Source: an uncultured virus (IMG/VR IMGVR_UViG_3300021963_007405)
Taxonomy: Duplodnaviria; Heunggongvirae; Uroviricota; Caudoviricetes
IMG/VR virus record: IMGVR_UViG_3300021963_007405
DNA length: 64,000 nucleotides
Strand: one strand, 5' to 3'
The notes below the pieces were generated by a model. That model worked only from the letters and a program-made list of their open reading frames with translations. It was not told the origin of the DNA and did no database searches. Position 1 is the first letter of the stretch, and every line of letters begins with the position of its first letter. The position numbers and the translations under genes are program-made. Shown piece after piece: positions 45,614 to 56,525 of this stretch.

Positions 45614-46563
45614 AGCTTTAATTTATCTTGATTATTTAAATACCAATTATAAGTATCTTTTAATCCATCTTCTAATTTTATTTTTGCAACATAGCCGAGC
45701 TTTTTTAATCTATTACAATCTAATAGTTTTCGCATTGTTCCGTCTGGCTTTGATAAATCAAATTTAATAGATCCTTCATATCCAACTGTAACTGCAATTT
45801 TTTCAGCTAATTCGTAGATAGTCGTTTCAAAGCCACTTCCAACATTTATTTGAGAAATATTTTGAGAATATAAATCTTTTGCTTCTAAATTATTAATTAA
45901 GTGTAAACACGCATCTGCCATATCATCAACATGCATAAATTCTCTTTTAGCTTTACCGGTACCCCAAATTTCTACAACTGGATCATCGTTTATTTTTGCT
46001 AAATGAAAACGATGTAATAAACCTGGCAAAACATGTGAATTCATTGGATGAAAATTATCATTTGGGCCATATAAATTTGTTGGCATTACAGAAATAAAAT
46101 TACATCCATATTGTTTATAATAGCTTTCGCACATTTTAATTCCTGCTATTTTGGCAATTGCATATGGTTCGTTTGTATATTCTAAAGGAGAAGTTAATAA
46201 ATATTCTTCTTTAATAGGTTGTTCAGCAAATTTAGGATAAATGCAAGAACTGCCTAAAAATAAAAGTTTTTTTACTCCAGATAGATAACAAGAATGAATT
46301 ATATTATTTTGTATTTGTAAATTTTGATATATGAAATCGGCTCTTTTAGTATTATTGGAGTGAATTCCTCCGACTTTTGCAGCGCAATCAATAACAAGAT
46401 CAAAAGAGTATTCTTTGAATAAATCTAAACATTTTTGTTGATTTGTGAGATCAATTTTGTTTTTTGTAAAAGTATAAATTACATCTTTCTCGTTTCTTTC
46501 GATAAGTTTTTTTAAAATGGCTTGTCCGACCATCCCTTTATGACCTGCTAGAAAAATTTTCAT
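45610..46563 (-). CDS. fcl: GDP-L-fucose synthase
   Basis: GHKGMVG, AAKVGGI, LGSSCIYP, YAIAK. Confidence 0.95.
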   Translation of the reverse strand: MKIFLAGHKGMVGQAILKKLIERNEKDVIYTFTKNKIDLTNQQKCLDLFKEYSFDLVIDCAAKVGGIHSNNTKRADFIYQNLQIQNNIIHSCYLSGVKKLLFLGSSCIYPKFAEQPIKEEYLLTSPLEYTNEPYAIAKIAGIKMCESYYKQYGCNFISVMPTNLYGPNDNFHPMNSHVLPGLLHRFHLAKINDDPVVEIWGTGKAKREFMHVDDMADACLHLINNLEAKDLYSQNISQINVGSGFETTIYELAEKIAVTVGYEGSIKFDLSKPDGTMRKLLDCNRLKKLGYVAKIKLEDGLKDTYNWYLNNQDKLKL

Positions 46564-46577
46564 ATACGTTATTTATT

Positions 46578-47348
46578 TTAACACCAATTGGGTTTCATGT
46601 CTGTTAGTTTAGAATAAGTTTCATTTATATTAATTTTTCCATAGTTAAAATTAATATTGAATGGAGATAAATTTTTAACATCTAAAAGATCCGCATTGTC
46701 ATCTAAAAATTTAATATAATTACTGTTCATTGGAAAATAATAAACTTTATTATCTGCATCAATATCAACAAAAAAAACATTATAATTATTTTGAATAGTG
46801 ATTTTTTTATATTTAAGGTAAGAGCAAAAAAATGCTACTTCAGCTCTTGTTCTTATATCGATTCCCTCATAAATGAAATCATTGTTTAGTAAAGAATTTA
46901 TTAAAGTCGTATAAATGCCTCTCATTGTTTCTTTTGTTCCACAAATTATAGAATCAGATAAATGATAAGGCATTGTTGGGTTAATTGTTAAGTTATCACA
47001 AATAAATTTATCTTTATCATTAGTTAAAATTTTATTTATTATATACTTTAAATTTGAAAAACAATGATTGCTTCTAATTTTAATACAATATTTACCATCT
47101 GCTAATTTTAATCCTTCGTTAACAGAGCGAGCATGCCGAAACATGTTTTGATAATTATATATTTCATCGATGGTTTCAGAATCAAAAAGGCATATTTTAT
47201 CATAAAAAGAAATGTTTTTCGCTATATCGCTTGTATATTTTTTATCTGTAGATAAAATTATTTCTCCATATTTTTTGCAATCTTCTATCATTTCAAGATG
47301 TTCGGTTCTATATGGACCATGAAATATAAATGAAAATTGTTTATTCAT
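46578..47348 (-). CDS. WavE-like glycan biosynthesis protein
   Basis: HGP, IILST, N..R..S...GL, KIRS. Confidence 0.45.
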   Translation of the reverse strand: MNKQFSFIFHGPYRTEHLEMIEDCKKYGEIILSTDKKYTSDIAKNISFYDKICLFDSETIDEIYNYQNMFRHARSVNEGLKLADGKYCIKIRSNHCFSNLKYIINKILTNDKDKFICDNLTINPTMPYHLSDSIICGTKETMRGIYTTLINSLLNNDFIYEGIDIRTRAEVAFFCSYLKYKKITIQNNYNVFFVDIDADNKVYYFPMNSNYIKFLDDNADLLDVKNLSPFNINFNYGKININETYSKLTDMKPNWC

Positions 47349-47787
47349 AATTTTTATATCTTAGCACATAATCACTACAGATTCCGTAGCATTTATCAAG
47401 TTCTCCAACATAGCCCAATTCTGGCAAAACACAAATACTGTTTGGATATAAAATTTTATTTGGATAAGTCCATATATATTTTTTGCTTGTTAATATCCAG
47501 TCTTCGTTTGTGTGCCAAAATACATTAAAATAGTAATTTTTATCATTAAGTAATTTATAAAATGCTTCGCCATTTTTAGCGTGTAACCAGAATCGAGAAT
47601 CAAATAAAAAATTATATTTTATTTCGTATGTAGGGTTATCATGACCTAAATACCATTTATTATTGACAAACCAAATATCGATTTCAACATCATAACCCGT
47701 TTCAATAGCTTCGTTTATATAATTAGGCGAGTTTTCTTTATCTAGTCGTGGACCGTCAATATTTCCTCTATGTGATATAAGATTCAT
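47341..47787 (-). CDS. GDPD/PI-PLC-like phosphodiesterase
   Basis: ISHRGN, EN, DVEIDIW, LGHD, HAKN. Confidence 0.7.
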   Translation of the reverse strand: MNLISHRGNIDGPRLDKENSPNYINEAIETGYDVEIDIWFVNNKWYLGHDNPTYEIKYNFLFDSRFWLHAKNGEAFYKLLNDKNYYFNVFWHTNEDWILTSKKYIWTYPNKILYPNSICVLPELGYVGELDKCYGICSDYVLRYKNYE

Positions 47788-47792
47788 TATTT

Positions 47793-48629
47793 TTAATTAC
47801 GATCTACATGAAGTTTTATAAAAACATTTTCCATATCTGATTCTTGTATTTCAGTTTTAATCCACATTGGATTATATTCAACAAATAATTTTGTAAATAA
47901 TTCTTGATCTATATTATTTTGGTCTTCAATAAAACTGCTATTTAATGATGAATGTTTTATTACTTTTAATTCAATTTTGTTTGTTACTAATAAATAATAA
48001 CAATATACAATATAGTCAAAATCAAACCAACTTATTTCATGTTTAATTTTTTCATAATTAATGTATTCCAAAAACTTTAGATAAAGCTCTTTATTGTAAA
48101 TACATATATTATTAAACCAAAAATACAATTTAAAATTATGAGTCAAATGAGATAATGTTTTTTGATCTGATTCTTTAAAAAATTTAACACAGCTTATTAT
48201 TATATTCTTTATATAATTACTTGATTCGTCTTTTATAAAATTTGCATGTATTTTTTTATTATTTAAATATTGATGGAATAATAAATTATAGTCAACTTTT
48301 TTAATAAACAAACAATCAACATCAATTACTGCAACATTTTGGTTATCTGTATTTTTATATATATAATTTAATCCAAACCATTTTTTAAGAGTGATAATTC
48401 CTTTTAAAAAAGGGTCATATTCATCTGTATATATTATTGATCTATATTTAATATTTTTATCGTTATAAATTTTATTAAATGTATCAAAGTGTTCTTGGTT
48501 TGAAAATACTAAGTATATATTGCAGTCATTAAATAAATCATTATATGTTTTGACTAAATTGTAACCATACTCAAATTTATCAATATGAATTGGAGCTAAA
48601 AAACAAGACTTGTTTATTGATTCATTCAT
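47793..48629 (-). CDS. Putative glycosyltransferase
   Basis: DxD motif (IDVD); glycan-locus context. Confidence 0.4.
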   Translation of the reverse strand: MNESINKSCFLAPIHIDKFEYGYNLVKTYNDLFNDCNIYLVFSNQEHFDTFNKIYNDKNIKYRSIIYTDEYDPFLKGIITLKKWFGLNYIYKNTDNQNVAVIDVDCLFIKKVDYNLLFHQYLNNKKIHANFIKDESSNYIKNIIISCVKFFKESDQKTLSHLTHNFKLYFWFNNICIYNKELYLKFLEYINYEKIKHEISWFDFDYIVYCYYLLVTNKIELKVIKHSSLNSSFIEDQNNIDQELFTKLFVEYNPMWIKTEIQESDMENVFIKLHVDRN

Positions 48630-48695
48630 GGTCTGTGTATTTATTATTTATTTAGTTTTGTTTTCTTTTGATTTATTTAATCTTTTGCGTTTACT

Positions 48696-49040
48696 TCATG
48701 CGGTATCGATTTCATCATCTATATGTTTATCATTTATAGTTGATGGAATTTTTATAACAATCATTTCGCAATTTTCAAGAAAAATAGGTTTTATAGATTC
48801 GTTTTTTTCAATTACAAAAATTTTTCCTTCTTCTATAATTACATTGTTTATTTTCATTTTGCCGCGAATCAAATAATTTATTTCATCGCTTTTTTTATGA
48901 TGATGTTTCGGCCAAAACTCATCTTTGTTATGGGTCTTATAAGAAATTTCAAATAAATCAGTTTTTATTACAGAAGGTTCAAAATTACCTATGAACCAAC
49001 CACCTTTTTCAAGAAACTTTTTTGAATCAAAAATTTTCAT
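48696..49040 (-). CDS. Cupin protein
   Basis: GWFIGNF, HHHK..E motif. Confidence 0.7.
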   Translation of the reverse strand: MKIFDSKKFLEKGGWFIGNFEPSVIKTDLFEISYKTHNKDEFWPKHHHKKSDEINYLIRGKMKINNVIIEEGKIFVIEKNESIKPIFLENCEMIVIKIPSTINDKHIDDEIDTA

Positions 49041-49041
49041 T

Positions 49042-50052
49042 TCAACCTTGAACTTGTTTATTTATCCATTCAAAAGTTTTCTCTAGTCCAACTTTCAGTG
49101 GCTGAGATACTTCCCAGCCGATTTTTTGTCTGTAAAGTCTATTATCAGAATTACGACCTTTTACACCTAGAGGGCATTTGTGACCATATTTTTTGAAAAA
49201 TTCTTCACCATATAGATTTTTAATTTTTATATTTTTATTAGCAATTTGAATAGCCATTTCAGCTAGTTGATTGATTGTGACTTTCTCTTCAGATCCAATA
49301 TTTACTGGACCTGAAAAACTATCTTGCCTCATGAACTTTAAAACAGCTTCTATACATTCATCAATATAAAGAAAACTTCTTGTTTGTTGACCGTCTCCCC
49401 ATACTTCTATTTCTCCACCATTTGGAGTTTCAGAAGCCTTTCTGCACATAGCTGCTGGAGCCTTTTCTCTGCCGCCTTTCCATGTTCCATGAGGACCAAA
49501 TACATTGTGAAATCTAGCTACTCTAACTTTAATTCCATAATTCCTTTCAAAAGCCAAAAACAATCTTTCGCTAAATAACTTTTCCCATCCATATTCACTA
49601 TCTGGATTTGCTGGATAAGCAGAAGATTCTTCACAATTTGGATTATCAGGATCTAATTGATTATGTTCTGGATACATGCAAGCAGAAGAAGAATAAAATA
49701 ATCTACCAATTTTTTGTTCTACAGCTTCTTTAGCAACGTTTAAATTTATTAATGCAGAGTTATGCATAACATCTGCATCATGATTTCCAGTGAAAATATA
49801 TAAGGCTCCACCCATGTCGGCAGCAAGTTGATACACCTCATCAAATGTTCTAGAATCGTGACTCATTACTTTCTTAACAAAACTAGGATCTCTTAGATCT
49901 CCTTTGTAAAATTCATGGCAAATAATAGAATGATCAAGATATTCATGATTTTTGATATCAGCTATTCTTACAAAATTGCCATCCTCTTTTAGTTTCTTTG
50001 CTAAGTTACCACCAATAAAACCGCCACCTCCTAAAACTAAAATATTTTTCAT
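49042..50052 (-). CDS. GDP-mannose 3,5-epimerase-like SDR
   Basis: GGGGFIG, LAADMGG, SSACMYP, YGWEK, KAPAAMCRK. Confidence 0.88.
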   Translation of the reverse strand: MKNILVLGGGGFIGGNLAKKLKEDGNFVRIADIKNHEYLDHSIICHEFYKGDLRDPSFVKKVMSHDSRTFDEVYQLAADMGGALYIFTGNHDADVMHNSALINLNVAKEAVEQKIGRLFYSSSACMYPEHNQLDPDNPNCEESSAYPANPDSEYGWEKLFSERLFLAFERNYGIKVRVARFHNVFGPHGTWKGGREKAPAAMCRKASETPNGGEIEVWGDGQQTRSFLYIDECIEAVLKFMRQDSFSGPVNIGSEEKVTINQLAEMAIQIANKNIKIKNLYGEEFFKKYGHKCPLGVKGRNSDNRLYRQKIGWEVSQPLKVGLEKTFEWINKQVQG

Positions 50053-50089
50053 TTGTAATAATATTTTATTATTTTATGAATTCAATAGA

Positions 50090-50899
50090 TTATTTTGATT
50101 TCAATTTCAAATCTATCAGCCAATGCCAGCCTAGAATTTTTTGCAAACCTTCGAATATTTTTGATGGCATTATTTTAAAAATAAATTTCTTATTGTATTT
50201 GTATTTTGTATAGTCGCTAATTATATAAGGAAATATGTGATCTTTTTTTATAGAACAAATTTTATAGTCTGCAAACATATTTATTAAATCTTTTTTAAAA
50301 TAAGTTTTAGCGACAGGGCAATTAAGTTGAGCTTCTGCAAAATATCGTATTGTTTTATTATAGTTAAAGCCAAATTTATATCCGTTTTTTAAGAAAAACT
50401 CTAAAGCTTTCCATGAGAATTTGCTATAAAGCATGATTTTGACAATTCCATCTGGTTTTAATACTTCTTTGATTTGTTCTATTATCTTTTCAGTATTTTC
50501 GGCGTGGTGAATAACACCGAATGAATAAATTAAATCAAATTTCTTATTTCCTATTAAATTATTTAGTTCTTCTGCATTACCACAAATAAAAGTTGCATTT
50601 AAATTAAATGCTTTAAATCGTTTTTTTGTTATTTCTAAAGACTTGTCGGATAGCTCTATAATAGTTAAATTAGCCCCATTTCTTGCAAAATTTATTGAAT
50701 CAGTTCCTATTCCGCATCCTATTTCTAAAACATCTTTATTTTTCCATTTTTTAAATTCAGCAAATTTTGGTATATGAGATTCAACTTTATATTTTCTTTC
50801 TTCTACTTCGTTGAAATATTCAATAGTGCCTATTTCTTTTTGAGAGTGTCTGATGTTGCAGGGGCGAGCGTTCCAAAATTTTTTTATTTCTTGGTTCAT
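50090..50899 (-). CDS. SAM-dependent methyltransferase
   Basis: LEIGCGIG, FDLIYSFGVIHH. Confidence 0.85.
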   Translation of the reverse strand: MNQEIKKFWNARPCNIRHSQKEIGTIEYFNEVEERKYKVESHIPKFAEFKKWKNKDVLEIGCGIGTDSINFARNGANLTIIELSDKSLEITKKRFKAFNLNATFICGNAEELNNLIGNKKFDLIYSFGVIHHAENTEKIIEQIKEVLKPDGIVKIMLYSKFSWKALEFFLKNGYKFGFNYNKTIRYFAEAQLNCPVAKTYFKKDLINMFADYKICSIKKDHIFPYIISDYTKYKYNKKFIFKIMPSKIFEGLQKILGWHWLIDLKLKSK

Positions 50900-50902
50900 A
50901 TT

Positions 50903-51706
50903 TTAAATAATATACTTTTTATAAATTAGTCCATAAATATCTTTTTCAAAATAAGGATAAAATATAAAATTATTTGTTACTGTAGATTTAATGTTTTTAT
51001 TTATTATAGAGAAATTTCTAGGTTCTGGATTAAATCCCCATTTATATTGATATATTTTTTCGCTAATAGAATCATATTGTTCTGATTTTTTATGATTAAC
51101 ATTTTTTATCTCATCTCTTGGAACAAATGTAATACATGATTCTTGCGAATTCCATTGTTTATCTCCAGCGTAATCACCTAAATCATTAATTGAGCTTTTG
51201 TCTGGATTATAAATACAAGCTCTTGTAAAATAATCGTATTCGTGATATCCAATATTGCAAAATCTTTCATCCCAAAGACCTATGTTTTTAATGCCTTCTG
51301 ATGTATAAGCGCAAAAAGCGTCTCCATTGCCACAAGAATAAAAAGTATATTTATTCATAATTTTTTCTAGCGTTTCGAACCAGTTATGCTTCCATTCTAT
51401 GTCGTCTTGGCAATGAATCAAAATATCACAATCAGGACTGTTTAAATTTTTAAATCCATTAATTATAGCTTGGTTCCAATTTCTTGCTAAATGACCAGTG
51501 GAAAAATCAGGTCTTAAAACATTATGCAAAACACTAACTTTATTTTTGAATTTTTCATTAATATTAAAATTTGAATGATTATTAATGATATTTACTTCAC
51601 AGTTTATATTTTCTTTTTTAAAATACTGGCTATTAAATAAACTGTTTAAATTATGATTTAAATGTTTTTCTCCATCGAAAGTAACTATGTATATTTTAAG
51701 TTTCAT
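50903..51706 (-). CDS. Glycosyltransferase (GT2-like)
   Basis: WN..I, QDD, IGLWDERF. Confidence 0.65.
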   Translation of the reverse strand: MKLKIYIVTFDGEKHLNHNLNSLFNSQYFKKENINCEVNIINNHSNFNINEKFKNKVSVLHNVLRPDFSTGHLARNWNQAIINGFKNLNSPDCDILIHCQDDIEWKHNWFETLEKIMNKYTFYSCGNGDAFCAYTSEGIKNIGLWDERFCNIGYHEYDYFTRACIYNPDKSSINDLGDYAGDKQWNSQESCITFVPRDEIKNVNHKKSEQYDSISEKIYQYKWGFNPEPRNFSIINKNIKSTVTNNFIFYPYFEKDIYGLIYKKYII

Positions 51707-53085
51707 TTGCCTGTTTTGCTATAATTTTCTAAGAAAAAATTAAGATCTTCAGGAGTTCCTAGACCCCACATTTTTTGAATATCGAAAATTTTTATCTTTT
51801 TATTATCTTTTATAGCTTCATTAAAAACTGGACAAATATAGAATTCGTTGTTAACTCTTATATTTTTTGAAATCATTTGTTCAGAATATTTGACAAAATC
51901 AGAACCGTGTTTCCAAAAATAAACTCCAACGGTCGCTATGTCTGAAATAGGATTCTTTTCAGCAACTTCATTGGCTAATCCAAATTTATCAACTTTAACA
52001 AAACTCCATTTTGGATGGGTAGACTTAAAAGTTACTATACCACCATCACAATCGGTTTCATTCATTTTATAAAAAAATTCATTTGAATTCCATTCTATAA
52101 ATTGATCAGAATTTGCAAAAAATAAAGGATTCGCGTTATTTATAAAATCTTTAGCAAGAAGCGCGGTGCATGCTGCGCCTTCTGTTATCCCATCAACATC
52201 TATTATGGTACAGTTTGGTGTAATTAAGTTTAATAAAGTATCTAAATTATATTTGCTTCTATGTTTTTTTTGAACAATGTAAATAAAGTTTGCATCTATA
52301 TTTATATTTTCTGTAACAACTTGAATCATTGGTTTTCCATTAACATCTATTAATGGTTTTGGAAATGTATATCCAGCCTTCTCAAATCTAGAGCCAGCGC
52401 CAGCCATTGGAATTAAAACATTTAATTTATTATCTTTCCATTTAGGAATTTTTGAATCTATTTTCATGTTTATGTTTTGTATTTTATTCATTATGTTATC
52501 ATAAGTTACGTCGTCAACATTTTTAACTCTTAATACGTTTTTTGTGCTTCTGTACGCTGCTAATAAACCATTTGGTGAATCTTCTACTATTAAAGTGTCT
52601 TCTGGTAGACAATTAAGTTTAGCTATGGCTTGCCAGTATATTTCTGGATGAGGTTTGCTATTAACTACATCTTCATTAGATAATATCAAATCCATGTATT
52701 CAATAACTCCTATTTTAGAAAGCATCATAAAAATAGATTTTCTAATAGAATTAGAGCAGCATGCAATTTTATAATTATCTCCTTTTAATTTTTTGAATAA
52801 AGAAACTAATTTTTCATTTTTTTGTAAATTTGAAATTTTTTCAGTTGTTAATTTTTGTTTCAAATTCCATATGTCATTGTGCAACTTAACATTTAATTGT
52901 TTGTTTAATGTTAGTAATTCTAGTTTTTGATTTGTTTTTAATCCTTCATATGTGGATAAATGTTCAGATTCATTTATGGCATATTCTGAACCAGCTATAA
53001 CTTCTATAGCAGTATTTAAAGTTTCATAGTGTATGAATTTTGCATCAACTAAAACGCCGTCCAGATCAAAAATGATTAGTTTCAT
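51703..53085 (-). CDS. HAD phosphatase / sugar nucleotidyltransferase fusion
   Basis: FDLDGVL...KP.P...EDS; then IPMAGAGSRF...PKPLI. Confidence 0.85.
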   Translation of the reverse strand: MKLIIFDLDGVLVDAKFIHYETLNTAIEVIAGSEYAINESEHLSTYEGLKTNQKLELLTLNKQLNVKLHNDIWNLKQKLTTEKISNLQKNEKLVSLFKKLKGDNYKIACCSNSIRKSIFMMLSKIGVIEYMDLILSNEDVVNSKPHPEIYWQAIAKLNCLPEDTLIVEDSPNGLLAAYRSTKNVLRVKNVDDVTYDNIMNKIQNINMKIDSKIPKWKDNKLNVLIPMAGAGSRFEKAGYTFPKPLIDVNGKPMIQVVTENINIDANFIYIVQKKHRSKYNLDTLLNLITPNCTIIDVDGITEGAACTALLAKDFINNANPLFFANSDQFIEWNSNEFFYKMNETDCDGGIVTFKSTHPKWSFVKVDKFGLANEVAEKNPISDIATVGVYFWKHGSDFVKYSEQMISKNIRVNNEFYICPVFNEAIKDNKKIKIFDIQKMWGLGTPEDLNFFLENYSKTGK

Positions 53086-53086
53086 A

Positions 53087-53851
53087 TTAATTAGTTTTTA
53101 TTATTCTGTGCATTATATCCATATAATAATCAATCATTTTAACTTGAATTTTATGTTTATATTTTACATTATAGCCAATATAGCATTCACAAAATACATT
53201 TGGAAAGATTAAATCATGTATTTTTTCAAACTCTAAAAATAAATCAGATGTTTTATCAATTGATTTAGAGTTGCCTATTATAAAAATATCTGACAAACTT
53301 CCGTAAGTTTCTTTATTTTTTAACGAATAAGAGGTATTTTGTCTATGATTTTGATAAAAAAAAGGAACGTATATTGTGTTGTCATCAAGCTCAAGATTTT
53401 TTAATAAGTCAATACTTAGTGCATTCTTATAAAGTAAATCCAGCCTAGTTCTAATCACAATATCGTATATAAAATTATTTTCTATTTCATGTTGTTTTTT
53501 TAATTCATTGGCTTCATTTATTCCATAAAATAAACTAGCTACTTGAGTTTGAATGGCTTCAGGAATCGAAGTTAAATGATTAAATTCTGAAAATTCTCTA
53601 GGATGTTCGAATTTATATTTTTTGGGTTTTATGCTTTCTATTATTATTTTATCTGTTTCTGGAGTCCATCTTCCAACATTGTTCTGTTGATTGTGCTGTG
53701 TAGAGCTAAATGGTTTGTTATCGCATTCTTTTGAGTACCAAGAATGAATAAAAACATCAGCATTTAAAGGCTTGATCAAATTTTCTAAGCACTCCTTTGT
53801 TGAAATTGAAAGCCCTCTAGGTTGCCCACTAATGCACAGAGCAATTTTCAT
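53087..53851 (-). CDS. Glycan-locus protein (putative transferase)
   Basis: KIALCISGQPR...DVFIHSW...YD.VIRTRLD. Confidence 0.55.
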   Translation of the reverse strand: MKIALCISGQPRGLSISTKECLENLIKPLNADVFIHSWYSKECDNKPFSSTQHNQQNNVGRWTPETDKIIIESIKPKKYKFEHPREFSEFNHLTSIPEAIQTQVASLFYGINEANELKKQHEIENNFIYDIVIRTRLDLLYKNALSIDLLKNLELDDNTIYVPFFYQNHRQNTSYSLKNKETYGSLSDIFIIGNSKSIDKTSDLFLEFEKIHDLIFPNVFCECYIGYNVKYKHKIQVKMIDYYMDIMHRIIKTN

Positions 53852-54612
53852 AAATTATTTTTTTTAAAAATAGGTATTGGAAGCATTTTATGTTGATTTT
53901 TTTTATTAAATCTATGATATATATTATAAACTTCTTTCTGTCTTTCTGTAAATTTATGTGATTTATTTGTACTCATGGCCCATTCTAATTCTTCATAACT
54001 GGCTCCGATTTGATTTTCATCAGTTCTATCTTCCTCCCATAAACCATCTGTTGGAATAGCGTTTACAATATAATTTGGAACCCCAAGAATGTGAGCCATT
54101 GTTTTAACTTCAGTTTTTGTTAAATCTGCAATTGGAGATATATCTACACCGCCATCTCCATATTTAGTAAAAAATCCAATACCAAAATCTTCGATTTTAT
54201 TTCCAGTTCCAACTACTATTCCATTATATTGTGATGCTATTTGATATAAACACACCATTCTTAATCTGCTACGAGTGTTAGCGTTGCCAAGAGGATTAGA
54301 AAATGCTTGTAACGTATTTTTAAAAATATCAGCAATAGAAGTTAAATCTTGTTCTATGAAGGTAACATTTGAATATTTTTCTGTTAACCATTTGCAATGA
54401 TTTGTAGCTCTTTCTAATTGATCTATTTTTTGATGTATTGGCATGCTTATCACATAAGTTGGTAATTTTGTTTTAGCGCATAATGTGCTTACAAGACCAC
54501 TGTCAACTCCACCGCTAACACCAACAATCAAACTTGTTATATTATTATTTAAGCAATAATTTTTTAACCATTCAACTATTTGGTCTGATGTTGTAGATAA
54601 ATTTGTTTCCAT
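53848..54612 (-). CDS. nadE: NH3-dependent NAD+ synthetase
   Basis: GVSGGVDS, N..SRLRM, GTGN..E, FFTKYGDG, PTDGLW, TDE. Confidence 0.93.
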   Translation of the reverse strand: METNLSTTSDQIVEWLKNYCLNNNITSLIVGVSGGVDSGLVSTLCAKTKLPTYVISMPIHQKIDQLERATNHCKWLTEKYSNVTFIEQDLTSIADIFKNTLQAFSNPLGNANTRSRLRMVCLYQIASQYNGIVVGTGNKIEDFGIGFFTKYGDGGVDISPIADLTKTEVKTMAHILGVPNYIVNAIPTDGLWEEDRTDENQIGASYEELEWAMSTNKSHKFTERQKEVYNIYHRFNKKNQHKMLPIPIFKKNNL

Positions 54613-55690
54613 AAATTTCTTTTAGTTTATTAATTATTTTTTCTCTTTCTTGAATTTCTACTTTATATCCTCTTTCGGTTAATTCTAAAGCAAACTTTAA
54701 TTGTTGCGATTCTTCTAGTATTGAAGATTCGGGTTTATAGGTAATCGAATTAAATATAATTGTTTTATCTTTAGAATTTTTAAGATTAAAATCATTTACT
54801 TGATATAAAAGATGAGACTTGTTACTTTGATCTGTTGCATAACTGATATGAGGATAAATACCGTTTTCTTCACAAAATAATCCAAATGCACGATTGTCTC
54901 TAGGAAAACAAGGCCCACCAAAACCAAATCCATATTTTAAGTATTTATTTCCTATTCTCGAATCTGAACCAATAGCTTTTAGAATTTTATCGGGATTGCA
55001 ATTAACTTTTTTAGCTATGTCTCCAACCATGTTAGCATAGCTTATTTTTGTAGTTAAAAAGCAATTCAAAGCTATTTTCATAATTTCAGCTTCTGTCGTA
55101 TTCATCTTATGAAAACTTGGTTTATTAATACAAATTTTAGAATAAATTTCTGATAACAAAATATAAATTTCTTCAGATTCGCATCCAACTAAAACCATGT
55201 CTGGATTAGTCTGGTCTTTCATTATAGTGCCTTGAGCTATAAATTCAGGATTATAGCAAACTTCATAATTAAATTTTTTGATTCTTTCTTGCAAATCTGA
55301 ACAATACTGAGGCATTGTTGTGCAATTAATAATTAAGTATTTCTTATTTTTTTGAAATCCGCGTTTTATTATTTGTTCTATAACTTTTTCTATTTGAGAA
55401 TGATCGTATTTACCAGATGGTAAACTTGGGGTTGCTACAGTAATGAAAATTATTTTGTTTTTCAAAATTTCATCTATGTCATCAGTAGCAATAAAATTTT
55501 TTGATTTTTGTAGATATTCTTCTACAAAAGGCTCATCAGAGTATAGTTGTTTGTTGTTAATTTTATTAATATAATTTTTATCAATGTCACAGCCTATTAC
55601 ATTATAGCCGTTCTTTTCTAAATTTAGAGCTAGGCAAATTCCAAGTTTGCCAATGCCTATTATAGAAATATTGTTAGTTAAATTGTTCAT
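54572..55690 (-). CDS. UDP-glucose/GDP-mannose dehydrogenase family protein
   Basis: GIGKLG, NPEF, AE..K...N, GFGGPCFPRD. Confidence 0.9.
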   Translation of the reverse strand: MNNLTNNISIIGIGKLGICLALNLEKNGYNVIGCDIDKNYINKINNKQLYSDEPFVEEYLQKSKNFIATDDIDEILKNKIIFITVATPSLPSGKYDHSQIEKVIEQIIKRGFQKNKKYLIINCTTMPQYCSDLQERIKKFNYEVCYNPEFIAQGTIMKDQTNPDMVLVGCESEEIYILLSEIYSKICINKPSFHKMNTTEAEIMKIALNCFLTTKISYANMVGDIAKKVNCNPDKILKAIGSDSRIGNKYLKYGFGFGGPCFPRDNRAFGLFCEENGIYPHISYATDQSNKSHLLYQVNDFNLKNSKDKTIIFNSITYKPESSILEESQQLKFALELTERGYKVEIQEREKIINKLKEIYGNKFIYNIRPNS

Positions 55691-56523
55691 TATAATAAGG
55701 TCCAGTTAGGAAAAAATAAATCTTTACATTCTATTTTTAAATGTGGATAGAAATTGTATGGCGCTATACATCTTTGATTTTTATTTAAATACGCACCCCA
55801 TAAACTATACGTCGATAAAAAAGAAATGATATTATAGTCACAAAGAGTCATGCAACAAAAAGTTTCTATATCGTTTAAATCGATATCGTAAATAATTCTT
55901 TTGTCATTGAAATTGTTCCTGCACCATTCAATATCTTTTTTGTTATCTTCAAAACGCGATCCTCCCGTGAATAATAGAATTGTGCATTCTTTGGGTATGG
56001 TCTCTAAAGCTTTAGAATAGTATTGATACAATAAAGATTTTTGCGAAAAATCATTCGTAAATATATCTAAATCTGGATTTGTTCCATCAGAGCCGTCTCC
56101 CCTTCTTACATGTAAAGATATTGTTGGTTTATTAAATTGTTTTAAATATTGAAGAACTTTATTTTTAAGTTCATCTTTTAGCTCTAGTTCTTTTCTAATT
56201 TCATCTATGTATTTTATAAAATATTTAGTGTTTTGAAAAAACCCGTGATAGTTTGTATCGTTTTCTATTTGAAATACATTTTCATCGTATTCCATATGAT
56301 TTTTTTCAACATAAGTAAAGTCAAAACTTTTATCTAAATAATTTATAGAAGGTAGTTTGAAATTATTTAATAAACATTTTTGGTTATGCCAGTTTCTGTT
56401 GAAAAAATCAGTTGGTAGAATAATTTGATTATTAGTTTTTAAAGAAACAGATTTCAATAAAGCGTATTGAAAAAGTTGGTTCCCTAATCTTCCATAATTT
56501 CCAAGCTGTTGAAATGTTATCAT
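55690..56523 (-). CDS. Alpha-1,2-fucosyltransferase (GT11)
   Basis: GRLGNQLFQYA, HVRRGD, STYSLWGAYL. Confidence 0.88.
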   Translation of the reverse strand: MITFQQLGNYGRLGNQLFQYALLKSVSLKTNNQIILPTDFFNRNWHNQKCLLNNFKLPSINYLDKSFDFTYVEKNHMEYDENVFQIENDTNYHGFFQNTKYFIKYIDEIRKELELKDELKNKVLQYLKQFNKPTISLHVRRGDGSDGTNPDLDIFTNDFSQKSLLYQYYSKALETIPKECTILLFTGGSRFEDNKKDIEWCRNNFNDKRIIYDIDLNDIETFCCMTLCDYNIISFLSTYSLWGAYLNKNQRCIAPYNFYPHLKIECKDLFFPNWTLL

Positions 56524-56525
56524 TA

